A program made the translations under genes and the position numbers. 32,359 nucleotides of DNA, from positions 1,832,139 to 1,864,497 of the forward strand of contig NC_057719.1 of assembly GCF_004010195.1 (NCBI RefSeq), read 5' to 3'. Of this stretch, positions 12,200-23,672 are shown piece by piece. The number at the start of each line of letters is the position of its first letter. Positions within the stretch are counted from its first letter, which is position 1. The notes under the pieces are model-generated. The model was not told the DNA's origin. It did not search any database and worked only from the letters and a program-made list of their open reading frames with translations. This stretch comes from Chiloscyllium plagiosum (taxonomy: Eukaryota).

Positions 12200-12502
12200 A
12201 CCTCAATCTCTTCGTTGCTGCTCATTCTAGACTTTCTGATCATCATCTCTCCACCACCGGCAGCTGTGCCTTTCGATATCCAGGCCCCAAACTCTGGAAT
12301 TCCCACCTTAAATTCCATCACTTCCCCACCTCAATCTCTCCTCCTTATAACCTGCTGCGTCAAACATCGCTTGTCTCCTGCTCAAGCACTGACTCATCTG
12401 ACTCTATTGTTTGACACAATCCTTGGAGCAGATGTTGTCTGATAACATGCCTGGAATGTTTTGCAATGTTAAAGGCACTACACTAATAGAGGTTGTTGTT
12501 GC
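12200..12502 (+). mobile_element. L2-like LINE 3' fragment
   Basis: GSCAFRYPGPKLWNS resembles the L2 ORF2 end (G.RAFS...P.LWN.LP); tail aatgttaaaggcactacactaatagaggttgttgttg. Confidence 0.65.
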
Positions 12503-13389
12503 TGGATTCAGAACGCTGTGTTGGAGTCAGATTGCAAGATTTGAGTTTGTTTGTTGTTTAGCTCCCCTCGGGCCTGGTTAATGACAGGAAAAACTCGAGG
12601 GCACTGTCACCCTCCCCTCTGTTCAACATTACCCAACCTCAGCATCCAACCTACAGGGAACAGTAGAGAAAATACCAATTGCAGTGGTGGAAAATAAAGT
12701 GATGTGAGCAGTATCCAGAAACTGTCCTTGAGAAGTTTCCACTAACAGCGGAGTGGGTAATTTATTGCACTGTTGTTTTACCAGTTAACAGGGTAGCATC
12801 GATGGGATTGCAACACAATATTACAACATTCGGCTGTAGGGACAGGGATGTAATTAGAAATAAGAGTTAGTGTTTAAGTTTACAAAGTGAGATGTTTGGC
12901 GAGAGACCTGTGATTGGCTGACAGAGAGAGAGGGTGTGTGGGTAAAATGTGACACATTTCGATTGTTGCTTTACCCAGAGTCCGAATTAGACTAAAGCTG
13001 GAGCTGTGCCTGGTGCCACTCAGAGGCACCTTCAACCCTGTCTCCGGACCCCCAACCAACCACCCAACTCCCCTACCCCCCCCCACACCACCATCCCACC
13101 ACTCCCCCAACCCAACTCGCCACTGCACTCACTGACCTACACCAGGAGAAGGTGCTCAGCCCCTAAATCTAGAACAAAGAACAAAGAAAATTTACAGCCC
13201 AAGAACCGCCCCTTCGGCCCTCCAAGCCTGAGCCGATCCAAATCCACTGTCTAAACCTGTCGGTCAACTCCTAAGCATCTGTATCCCTCTGCTCCCCACC
13301 TACTCATACATCTGTCCAGATGCATCTTAAATGATTCTACCGTGCCTGCCTCTAACATCTCTGCTGGCAACATGTTCCAGACGCCCTCC

Positions 13390-15900
13390 ACCCTCTTACC
13401 ATGTGTATCCCCCTTAAACTTTCCACCTCTCACCTTGAAAGCGTGACCTCTCGTTATTGAATCCCTCACCCTGGGAAAAAGCTTGTCTCTATCCACCTGT
13501 CTACACCCTTCATGATTTTGTAAACCTCAATCAGGTCCCCCNNNNNNNNNNNNNNNNNNNNNNNNNNNNNNNNNNNNNNNNNNNNNNNNNNNNNNNNNNN
13601 NNNNNNNNNNNNNNNNNNNNNNNNNNNNNNNNNNNNNNNNNNNNNNNNNNNNNNNNNNNNNNNNNNNNNNNNNNNNNNNNNNNNNNNNNNNNNNNNNNNN
13701 NNNNNNNNNNNNNNNNNNNNNNNNNNNNNNNNNNNNNNNNNNNNNNNNNNNNNNNNNNNNNNNNNNNNNNNNNNNNNNNNNNNNNNNNNNNNNNNNNNNN
13801 NNNNNNNNNNNNNNNNNNNNNNNNNNNNNNNNNNNNNNNNNNNNNNNNNNNNNNNNNNNNNNNNNNNNNNNNNNNNNNNNNNNNNNNNNNNNNNNNNNNN
13901 NNNNNNNNNNNNNNNNNNNNNNNNNNNNNNNNNNNNNNNNNNNNNNNNNNNNNNNNNNNNNNNNNNNNNNNNNNNNNNNNNNNNNNNNNNNNNNNNNNNN
14001 NNNNNNNNNNNNNNNNNNNNNNNTCACCTTTCTCCATTTCAAGAAACTCCCTTCAACTACTACTCTCTGTCTCCTGTTGCTCAACCAGTTCTTTATCCAC
14101 CTAGCTAGAACACCCTGCACACCATGTGACTTCACTTTCTCCATTAGTCTACAATGGGGAACCTTATCAAATGCCTTACTAAAGTCCATGTATATGATAT
14201 CAACAGCCCTTCCTTCATCTATCAACTTGCTCACTTCCTCAAAGAACTCTATTAAGTTGGTAAGGCACGATCTCCCCCGCGGAAAGCCATGTTGCCTATC
14301 ACTGATAAGCTCATTCCTTTCTAAACATAAATAGATGCTATCCCTCAGTACCCTCTCCAGCAACTTTCCCACCACTGACGCCAGGCTCACTGGTCTGTAG
14401 TTACCCGGAATATCCCTACTACCATTCTTGTACAGGGGGACAACATGATCAACCTTCCAGTCCTCCGGCACCTCACCGGTATTTAAGGATGCCACAAAGC
14501 TATCTGTCAGGGCCCCAGCTATTTCCTCTCTCACCTCCCTCAGCAACCTGGGATAGATCCCATCCGGTCCTGGGGATTTGTCCACCTTAATAACCTCTAG
14601 CCTACCCAACACATCTTCCCTACTTATGCCAACGTGATCCAGACTAATCAAACTTCTATCTCTAATCTCAAGATTCATCTTGTCCCTCTCCTCAGTGAAC
14701 ACTGCTGCAAAGTAATCATTCAGAATCTCACCCATTCTCTCAGGTTCGGCACACAGCCTTCCTTCCTTATCCTTTAATGGACCGATCCTTTCTCTAGTTA
14801 CCCGCTTGCTTCTTATATAAGAATAAAATGCTTTGGGATTTTCCTTAATTCTGCTCACTAAAGCTATTTCATGACCCCTTTTCGCTCGCTTGACTCCTCG
14901 TTTAAGAGTTGTCCTACTCTTCCGATATTCCTCCAGGGCCCGTTCTGTCCTTAGCTGCCTAGACCTTATGTACACTTCCCTTTTCCTCTTGGCTAGTCGT
15001 ACAATTTCTCCTGTCATCCACGGTTCACGAATCTTGCCCTTCCTATCCTTTGCCTTCAACGAGACATGCCTATCCTGCACTGCCGTTAATCTATCTTTGA
15101 AAGCCTCCCACATCTCAAATGTGGACTTCCCTTCAAATAGCTGTCCAGTCCACATTTCCCAGCTCCTGCCTAATATTGATATAATTGGCTTTGGCCCAGT
15201 TTAGTACTCTTCCCTGAGGACCACTCTCTTCTTTATCTAGAGTATTCTAAAACTTACAGAATTGTGATCACTATTCCCAAAGAAATCCCCCACTGCAACT
15301 TCTACCACCTGTCCTGGCTCGTTCCCCAGTACCAGGTCCAATATGGCTCCTTCCCTCATCGGACTATTGACACACTGCTCTAGAAAACTCTCCTGGATGC
15401 TTCGTACAAATTCTGCTCCATCCAGATCTCTGACGCTAAGTGTATACCAGTCAATGTTGGGAAAATTAAAATCTCCCATCACCACTACCCTATTGCCTCT
15501 TCAACTATTCATAATCTGTTTACCTATTTGTTCTTCTACCTCACGCTCACTGTTGGGAGGTCTGTAATACAGCCCCAACAATGTAACTGCACCCTTCTTA
15601 TTTCTCAGCTCCACCCATAATGCCTCACTACCCAAGACCGCCATAGAGTCCCCCTTTAGCACAGCCGTGATATCGTCCCTGACCAGCAATGCAACTCCAC
15701 CCCCTCTTTTACTTCCCTCCCTGTCCTGTCTGAAGTGTCTATATCCTGGAACACTTAGTTGCCAATCATCATGGCCTTCCTTCAACCAAGTCTCTGTGAT
15801 GGCAATAATATCATACCCCCAGGCACCAATCCAAGCCCTAAGTTCGTCTGCCTTACACACTATACTCCTTGCATTAAAGTAGATGCATTTCAGGCCACCA
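13390..15900 (-). pseudogene. CR1 ORF2 (APE-RT), disrupted and gapped
   Basis: AITETWL, YYRPP, MGDFNFP, SDHNSV, KSPGPDGIYP, NYRPVSLAS, YMDFSKAFDKV. Confidence 0.93.
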
Positions 15901-15989
15901 GTTCTTTTGCGCTCACCTGCTGTCTACCTCCTCTTCCCTTTATTAATGTTATCTTCACAATTCTTACAGTCTCCAGTCATTTCTACACT

Positions 15990-16714
15990 GGCTAGCACGT
16001 GGCACTGGTAGTAATCCCGAGATCACTACCTTTGAGGTCCTACCCCTTTAACTTCTCTCCTAGCTCCCTAAATTCTTCTTTCAGGACCTCATCTCGCTTT
16101 CTACTTATATTGTTGGTACCTGCATGCACCAAGACAACTGGCTGATCACCCTCCCCTTTTAGAATGCTGTGCAGCCGATCGGTGACATCCCTGACCTGAG
16201 CACCTGGAAGGCAACCTATCATCTGGGAGTCCTGTCTTCGGCCACAGAACCGTCTATCTACTTCCCTTACAATAGAAACCCCTATGATTATGGCCCTACA
16301 AGTCTTTTTCCTTCCCTTCTGAACAGTAGTGCCCTCCACGGTGCCATGATCCTGGCAACTGCTACCTTCCCCTAATGAGCCATTTCCCCCAACAGTATCC
16401 AAAATGGTATATCTGTTTTGGAGGGAGATGACTGCAGGGACACCTGCACTGCCTTCCTACTCTTTTTCTGCCTTTTGGTCACCCGTTCCCTGTCTCCCTC
16501 AGCAATTCTAACCTGCAGTGTGACCAGTTCAGTAAGTGTGCTATCCACGACCTCCTCAGCATCGCGAGTGCTCCATAGTGAGTTCATCTGCAGCTGTAGA
16601 GCTGTATGCAGCTGGACACACTTCTTACAGTGTAAGAGTTAGGACATCAGCCACGTTCCTGAGCTCCCACATCAAACAAGAGGCACATGGCACAGGTCTG
16701 AGGTTCCCTGCCAT
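15990..16714 (-). pseudogene. CR1 ORF1 (CxxC zinc finger plus SGNH esterase), C-terminus deleted
   Basis: MAGNLRPVPCASCLMWE start; IIGVSIVR (GDS decayed); HAGTNNI; ISGLLPVPRAS then an abrupt break with no DGLH. Confidence 0.85.
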
Positions 16715-17720
16715 TGTAAGCTTAGCTTTATATTAACTAACTAAAACCAAGCAATGCACTTAAATATATGAAAAAGGAAGATAAGAAATAAAAGCCCTCC
16801 CTTACAGGGTCTGTTTCTTCTGGTGAGAGGAGGGGGCGGGAGGGAGATGCTACACGTGTAGTATCTCGGGTTTAGCCACTGCCCAAATATAAATTAAGCC
16901 TTTACCTACCCAAGGTAAGTCCCTTTTTATGCAGGAAAACTTACCCTTCCCGGCAGCCCTCGCTTCACTCCTCCTTCTCTCCTCGCCACTCTGGCAAAAT
17001 GCTGTTGAACTTGATATGAGTCCTGGCAGCTGGACAGTGTCCAGGTGGAAAATGAGATGTATTTCTTCCTGCTTGCACTGTCCCAGATACACCTCTCCCC
17101 CCTTTCATCCCCATCCTCCTGCACCTGCCTCTCTCTCCTTCNNNNNNNNNNNNNNNNNNNNNNNNNNNNNNNNNNNNNNNNNNNNNNNNNNNNNNNNNNN
17201 NNNNNNNNNNNNNNNNNNNNNNNNNNNNNNNNNNNNNNNNNNNNNNNNNNNNNNNNNNNNNNNNNNNNNNNNNNNNNNNNNNNNNNNNNNNNNNNNNNNN
17301 NNNNNNNNNNNNNNNNNNNNNNNNNNNNNNNNNNNNNNNNNNNNNNNNNNNNNNNNNNNNNNNNNNNNNNNNNNNNNNNNNNNNNNNNNNNNNNNNNNNN
17401 NNNNNNNNNNNNNNNNNNNNNNNNNNNNNNNNNNNNNNNNNNNNNNNNNCCCCTTTCCTTCACCCTCCTCCTTCCCCTCCCATTCAGGGGTAATCCCAGA
17501 TCTCCCGCTGAGGATAGAAACACCTATTATTCTGCCATTCCAATCCTGTCATAGAGAACACTGATTCTCTGAAATTGGAACAAGGCACCAAATCTCTCAC
17601 TGCTGAGGACACGGGATCATTTTTCATGATAAATCTGAAAGGGTTTCTTTGTGTGCTCTCTGCCAATGCCTTTCCCAGCACAAAACTCTGCCGCAGGAAC
17701 TGACCTGGCTTCAGTCTTTC

Positions 17721-18014
17721 AGCACGGTGGCACAGTGGTTAGTACTGCTGCCTCACAGCGCCAGAGACCCGGGTTCAATTCCCGCCTCGGGCGACTGTCT
17801 GTGTGGAGTTTGCATGTTCTCCCCGTGTCTGCGTGGGTTTCCTCCGGTTTCCTCCCACAGTCCAAAGATGTGCAGGTCAGGTGAATTGGCTGTGTTAAAC
17901 TGCCCCATAGTGTTAGGTGTAGGGGAATGGGTCTGGGTGGGTTGCTCTTCGGAGGTTCGGTGTGGACTTGTTGGGCCGAAGGACCTGTTTCCACGCTTTA
18001 AATAATCTAATCTA
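17721..18014 (+). mobile_element. HE1-type V-SINE
   Basis: A box TGGCACAGTGG at 17728-17738, B box GGTTCAATTCC at 17772-17782, V-domain, taatctaatcta tail. Confidence 0.92.
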
Positions 18015-18729
18015 TACGACACGGGGTAAACCCCTCTGCTAATGTAAACTGGCCACACAGAAAATGTTCACCTCGCGCTGTAATCTCTTAAAATTCAAGA
18101 GGCAAAGAACTATCCCAGAGATCATAACTTTTACTTAAAGAGTAAAATTGTTTGTTTTAAGTCCAACAGAAATCATTAAAACCAAAAGCTATGTGTAATT
18201 CCTTCCTCTTAAACCTATCTTTTACCTCCCACTCTACAAATACCGGTCTGATAAAAAAAACCCGATTCAGATTTTTTTAAAAATCCCATTTCAAAAACGA
18301 GTCAGCTTTCTCAATTTTCCTCTGTAGATTTTCTCTTGGTCGGTTTCGATGTTCTGCTGCATAAACCTATAGTCAGGTACCTTCCAGAAAGCTGTTCTGT
18401 GGGCAGTCTGTACTTGTTGGTGGCTTGGCAGTTCTCCCTCTAACTGTTCAAAATATCCAGTTTTATACCCCAAAATATCAGATCGTTTCATTGTTTTTAA
18501 TATTATCAAAATACTAAATTTGAATTTGATTGGATTTTGGTATCTTGGGGCATAATTGAAGTTGATTTGCCATGAAACAAAAACAAATTCAAATTCGGCC
18601 ACTCATCTGCAGCTATTTGATTCTCAAGTGTTACATTCTCACTTTGTTCAGGACTCTCAGTGCTTTGTCAATCTTTGCTAGTTTTTCAACTCTCTTCAAG
18701 GTACAGTACACCTCTACGCCTTCATAACA
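18015..18729. mobile_element. Putative solo LTR (about 0.7 kb)
   Basis: Ends CATAACA followed by GTCT; GTCT also lies at 17714-17717 just before the SINE, consistent with a 4-bp TSD and a SINE inserted at the LTR edge; the left TG is not visible. Confidence 0.45.
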
Positions 18730-19096
18730 GTCTGCTCTGAGCCGGCAGACGAGTCAGGCTGGTATCTGACTCACTGCTGAAGAGATAATCCAGATGCATT
18801 CTCCTACATGCAACGTGAAACATTACCTCTTCTCTGGGCTTGGACCCACTCAGAAACTAATAAGAAAGAACCATCAGGCTTCATCCTGCCAGGATTGGGA
18901 CAGGTCCCTGTAGGAAAACCTAACAAAGTTACAGAACACACTGACCAACCTGTCCCTGCTCACTCTCCTAGAGGTAACCTGCAGTATAGCTGTCTCACTC
19001 TGCTGCCCATCAGCACTCTATGGTTCAGGCGCTGTTCAACTGGGGGTGCTCTCATACAACTCTGGTACATAGCACAGGATTCCTCAGCTAATATTG

Positions 19097-19606
19097 AATA
19101 GAACATAGAAAACTACAGCACAGTACAGGCACCTTCAGCCCGTGATGTTGTGCCAAGGATTAATCCTAACCTAAAGTAAAATAACCTAACCTACGCACCC
19201 CTCAATTCACTGCTATCCATGTGCATGTCCAGCAGTCACTTAAATGTCCCCAATGACTCTGCTTCCACCACCACCGCTGGTAACATATTCCATGCATTCA
19301 CAACTCTCTGCGGAAAGAACCTACCTCTGACATCTCCTTTATATCTTCCTCCTAATATCTTCAAACATGACTCCTCATGCCAGTCGATCCTGCCCTGGGG
19401 AAAAGTCTCTGGCTATTGACTCTACCTATGCCTCTCATTACCTTGTATACCTCGATCAGGTCTCCTCTCTTCCTCCTTCTCTCCAGAGAAAAAAGTCCAA
19501 GCTTATTCAACCTCTCTTCATAAGGCAAGTCCTCCAGTCCAGGCAGCATCCTGGTAAACCTTCTTTGCACCCTCTCCAAAGCCTCTGTATCTTTCCTATA
19601 GTAGGG
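19097..19606 (-). mobile_element. CR1 LINE 3' end running into a gap
   Basis: atagaacatagaa tail; ERVQRRFTRMLPGLEDLPYEERLNKLGLFSLERRRKRGDLIEVYK. Confidence 0.92.
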
Positions 19607-20478
19607 NNNNNNNNNNNNNNNNNNNNNNNNNNNNNNNNNNNNNNNNNNNNNNNNNNNNNNNNNNNNNNNNNNNNNNNNNNNNNNNNNNNNNNNNNNNNNN
19701 NNNNNNNNNNNNNNNNNNNNNNNNNNNNNNNNNNNNNNNNNNNNNNNNNNNNNNNNNNNNNNNNNNNNNNNNNNNNNNNNNNNNNNNNNNNNNNNNNNNN
19801 NNNNNNNNNNNNNNNNNNNNNNNNNNNNNNNNNNNNNNNNNNNNNNNNNNNNNNNNNNNNNNNNNNNNNNNNNNNNNNNNNNNNNNNNNNNNNNNNNNNN
19901 NNNNNNNNNNNNNNNNNNNNNNNNNNNNNNNNNNNNNNNNNNNNNNNNNNNNNNNNNNNNNNNNNNNNNNNNNNNNNNNNNNNNNNNNNNNNNNNNNNNN
20001 NNNNNNNNNNNNNNNNNNNNNNNNNNNNNNNNNNNNNNNNNNNNNNNNNNNNNNNNNNNNNNNNNNNNNNNNNNNNNNNNNNNNNNNNNNNNNNNNNNNN
20101 NNNNNNNNNNNNNNNNNNNNNNNNNNNNNNNNNNNNNNNNNNNNNNNNNNNNNNNNNNNNNNNNNNNNNNNNNNNNNNNNNNNNNNNNNNNNNNNNNNNN
20201 NNNNNNNNNNNNNNNNNNNNNNNNNNNNNNNNNNNNNNNNNNNNNNNNNNNNNNNNNNNNNNNNNNNNNNNNNNNNNNNNNNNNNNNNNNNNNNNNNNNN
20301 NNNNNNNNNNNNNNNNNNNNNNNNNNNNNNNNNNNNNNNNNNNNNNNNNNNNNNNNNNNNNNNNNNNNNNNNNNNNNNNNNNNNNNNNNNNNNNNNNNNN
20401 NNNNNNNNNNNNNNNNNNNNNNNNNNNNNNNNNNNNNNNNNNNNNNNNNNNNNNNNNNNNNNNNNNNNNNNNNNNNNN

Positions 20479-22252
20479 AGCGTCACAGATACCAGTCTCC
20501 AGCCAATTCCATTCACTCCACATGATATATAAAAACAGTTGGAGTCACTGGATACTGCAAAGACTGCGGGGCCCTGACAACATTCCACAATAGTACTGAA
20601 GACCTGTGTTCCAGAACTTGCCGCACCCCTCGCCAAGCTGTTCCAGTACAGTTACAACACTGGCACCTACCCGACAATGTGGACAATTGACCAGGGATGT
20701 CCTGTACACAAAATGCAGGACAATTCCAACCCAGCCAATTACTACCCAATCCATTTACTCTCAATCAGTAAAGAAATGGTGGGAGGCATAGTTGACAATG
20801 TCATCAAATCCCACATAAGACCATAGGCCATTCAGCCCATCGGGTCTCCTCCATCACTCAGTAGAATCATGAATGATTTGGTAATCCTCAACATCACTTT
20901 TCTGCATAATTCCTCAACTCCACTTTTCTGCAGAACCTTTGATTCCCTTCCAGATTAAAACCTGTCTCTCCCAGCCTTGAATGTTCTGAATGCCCCAGCC
21001 TCAACAGCCCTCTGTGGGAAAGAATTCCACAGAATCACTCCCCTCAGAGAGAAGGAATTCCTCCTCATCTCCATCTGAAATGTGTGGCACCTTATTCTGA
21101 GATGATGCACCTCTGGTCCTAGATTCTCCCACACAAGGAGAAATAACTTCTCCTCATCTCCCCTAAAAATTGTCCTGCTCAGCAATAACCTGCTCAGTGA
21201 CGCCCAGTTTGGGTTCCGCCAGGGTCACTCAGTTCCTGACCTCAACACAGCCTTGGTTCAAACATGGACAAAAGAGCTGGATTCCAGAAGGGAGGGGAGA
21301 GGGACAGCCCTTGACATCAAGGCCACATTCAACCGGGTGTGGCATCAAGGAGCCCTGGCAAAACTGGAATTGATGGGTATCAGGGGGCAAACTCTCTACT
21401 GGTTGGAGGTCACTCATCTCAGCTCCCGGACATCCCTGCAGGAGTTCCTCAGGAGAGTGTCCTCGGCCCAACCATCTTCAGCTGCTTCATCAATGACCTT
21501 CCCTCCATCATAAGGTCAGATGTGGGGATGTTCACCGATGACAGCACAGTGTTCAGCATCATTCCCAACTCCTCAGATACTGAAGCAGTCCATGTTCAAA
21601 TGCAACAAGATCTGGACAATATCCAGGCTTGGGCTGACAAATGGCAAGAAACATTGTGCCATACAAATACCAGACAATGACCGTCTCTAACGAGAGAGAA
21701 TCTAACAATTGCTCCTTGATATTCAATGGTGTTACCATCACTGAATCCGCAACTAACAACATCCTGGGGGTTACCATTGACCACAACTGGACTCACTACA
21801 TAAACACAGTGACTACAAGAGCAGGTCACAGGCTGGGAATCCTGCAGCGAGTAATTTACCTCCTGACTCCCCAAAACCTGCCCACCATCTACAAGGCACA
21901 AGTCAGGAGTGTGATGGAATACTCCGCACTTGTCTGGATGTGTGCAGCTCCAACAACACTCAAGAGGCTTGTCACAAGTCCAGGATAAAGCTGCCGCTTG
22001 ATTTGCACCACATCCACCAACACCCACTCCCTTCACCACTGATGCTTAGTAACAGCAGTGTGTACCATTTACATGACGCACTGGAGAAACTCACCAAAGA
22101 CCCTCAGGCAGCACCTTCCAAACCCATGACCTTATATCACCATTCCTTCAGTGTCACTGGGTCATAATCCTGGAATTCCCTCCATAAGTGCATTGTGGGT
22201 CAACCTACAGCAGAGGTTCAAGAAGGCAGCTCACCCCCACCTTCTCAAGGGG
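20479..22252 (+). mobile_element. CR1-group (Zenon/L2-like) LINE, RT to 3' end, interrupted
   Basis: GPDNIP, NPANYYPI, QFGFRQG, LDIKATFNRVWH, GVPQESVLGPTIFSCFINDLP, FTDD, YKAQVRSVMEY; breaks at 20814 and resumes at 21174. Confidence 0.88.
20815..21173 (-). mobile_element. CR1 3' fragment nested in the preceding LINE
   Basis: EMRRNSFSLRGVILWNSFPQRAVEA; tail ataagaccataggccattcagccc. Confidence 0.85.
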
Positions 22253-22394
22253 ATTTTTTTGTTTATGAAGTGTAGGTATTTCAGGCTAAGACCACATTTA
22301 TTCCAATCCCTAATTGCCCTTGAGATGGTGACTGTGGTAGTCATTGATTAAGCAGCTGAAGATAGTTGTGTTCTGGGACACCACTCCAAGGAAC

Positions 22395-22866
22395 GTCTCT
22401 GGTGGTGCAGTGATAGTGTCTCTACCTTTGAGCTAGAAGTTTAGAGTCAGAAAGAGACCTTTTGATCCAACTCGTCTGTGCTGACCAGACATCCAACTCG
22501 TCTGTGCTGACCTAGTCCCAATTGCTAGCACTTTGCCCATATCCCTCTCAGCCCTTCCTGTTCACAAACCCGTCCAGATGGCTCTACAATGCTGTAATTA
22601 TACCAGCCTTCAGTTTAAGAGTTAATTGCTTCAAGGTGTATTAGAGAGTCATAGAGATGTACAGCACGGAAACAGACCCTTCGGTCCAACCCGTCCATGC
22701 CGACCAGATATCCCAACCCAATCTAGTAAGCTTGACTAGAAAATATGAGATTGTCACCAAGGTGTTGGTGGAACAGTGGTAATGTCCCTAGCTCTAAGCC
22801 AGGAGGTCCAGGTTCACATCCTACCTCTTCCTGAGCTGGGTAAGAATATCACTGAGCAGCTTGACT
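22395..22866. mobile_element. Cluster of two tRNA-derived SINE heads (+) and two short CR1 3' tails (-)
   Basis: SINE heads ggtggtgcagtgatagtgtc (about 22400) and ggtggaacagtggtaatgtcc..ggttcacatcc (22762-22866); CR1 tails at about 22442-22610 and 22641-22727 (agagtcatagagatgtacagcacggaaacagacccttcgg). Confidence 0.65.
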
Positions 22867-22958
22867 TCAGAAGCTGTCTTGCCTGAGGAGCTCCTATTTC
22901 TCTAAATACAGCTGTTCGAGGGAAGGAGAGGGTTATCTGAGGCAGACAGACTGAGGAT

Positions 22959-23120
22959 CTTTTATCTTAGCCTGCTGGACCAACTTTCCTCATTCCTGAA
23001 GAAGGGCTAATGCCCGAAACGTCGATTCTTCTGTTCCCTAGATGCTGCCTGACCTGCTGCGCTTCTCCAGCAACACATTTCCATCTCTGATCTCCAGCAT
23101 CTGCAGACCTCATTTTCTCT
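22959..23120 (+). mobile_element. Penelope-like short fragment
   Basis: Hammerhead followed by gatgctgcctgacctgctg..tctccagcatctgcagacctcattttctc, ending at the same point as the 6340-6482 copy. Confidence 0.78.
22992..23027 (+). ncRNA. Minimal type I hammerhead ribozyme with intact core
   Basis: CTGAAGA 22996-23002, extra A, stem II GGGC-TAAT-GCCC, GAAA 23016-23019, palindromic ACGT in place of stem III, GTC site ending at 23023, weak stem I ATTC/GATT. Confidence 0.75.
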
Positions 23121-23262
23121 TCCCTGAAGGTGAGAGGTCATTCACATCTTGGAGATTGTGCTGGTGTCTCGGGTTGTGAGAGACGGGCAGTGTGTGTTTG
23201 ACAGGAACACCAATCTCGCTGCTGCTTTTCATTCTGCACCGGTGTCCCACTGTCTCTCTCAG

Positions 23263-23420
23263 GCAGGGGCCGTCAGGAGCTGATCAAAACTGATTGTGAA
23301 TTGCCTTTGAGAACATTATCTCCCCAGAAAGACACTTTATTCAACAGACTCCTTTTGTTTTGTGCTGATGGAGCTGTCTCCATGGCTACCGTCCCCAAAT
23401 ATCTCACTGCACAGAAAGAG
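23263..23420 (+). CDS. Candidate 158-nt coding exon with GC donor, unidentified host gene
   Basis: Acceptor ctgtctctctcag; 52 open codons RGRQELIKTDCELPLRTLSPQKDTLFNRLLLFCADGAVSMATVPKYLTAQKE; donor GAG|GCAAGT; non-repeat sequence. Confidence 0.5.
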
Positions 23421-23672
23421 GCAAGTGCCCCCTGCACCTCTGCTCCCCGTGTCCTCACTCTCAAACAGCGTTTCACTCTTTGCCCCATTTTTCTGCTTCT
23501 CACATAAACTGGTTTGTACTTTTAAAGTTCCTCTCCATTTTCCTGGTAAGCGTATTCTGGAATCTGTTCCCACAAGGACTTGAGTGAACTCCACATTTCT
23601 AACAGCCTCCCTGTGTCAAATTATACCTTCAACTGTCCCCTTTTGTACAATTGATGTCATTTTAACATTTTG

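Larger units (their letters stand above)
13168..17000 (-). mobile_element. Near full-length CR1 LINE with 5'UTR and an internal deletion
   Basis: AGAACAAA tail repeats at about 13170, RT, APE, ORF1 with ATG at 16714, and 5'UTR to about 17000 (5' boundary approximate). Confidence 0.93.

Noticed and set aside
17721..17790. tRNA gene
   Set aside because: A and B boxes belong to a SINE head continuing into a V-domain and LINE tail; the same applies to the other HE1 copies.
18808..19101. 97-aa ORF in unique-looking sequence
   Set aside because: No recognisable homology or convincing splice acceptor; length compatible with chance.
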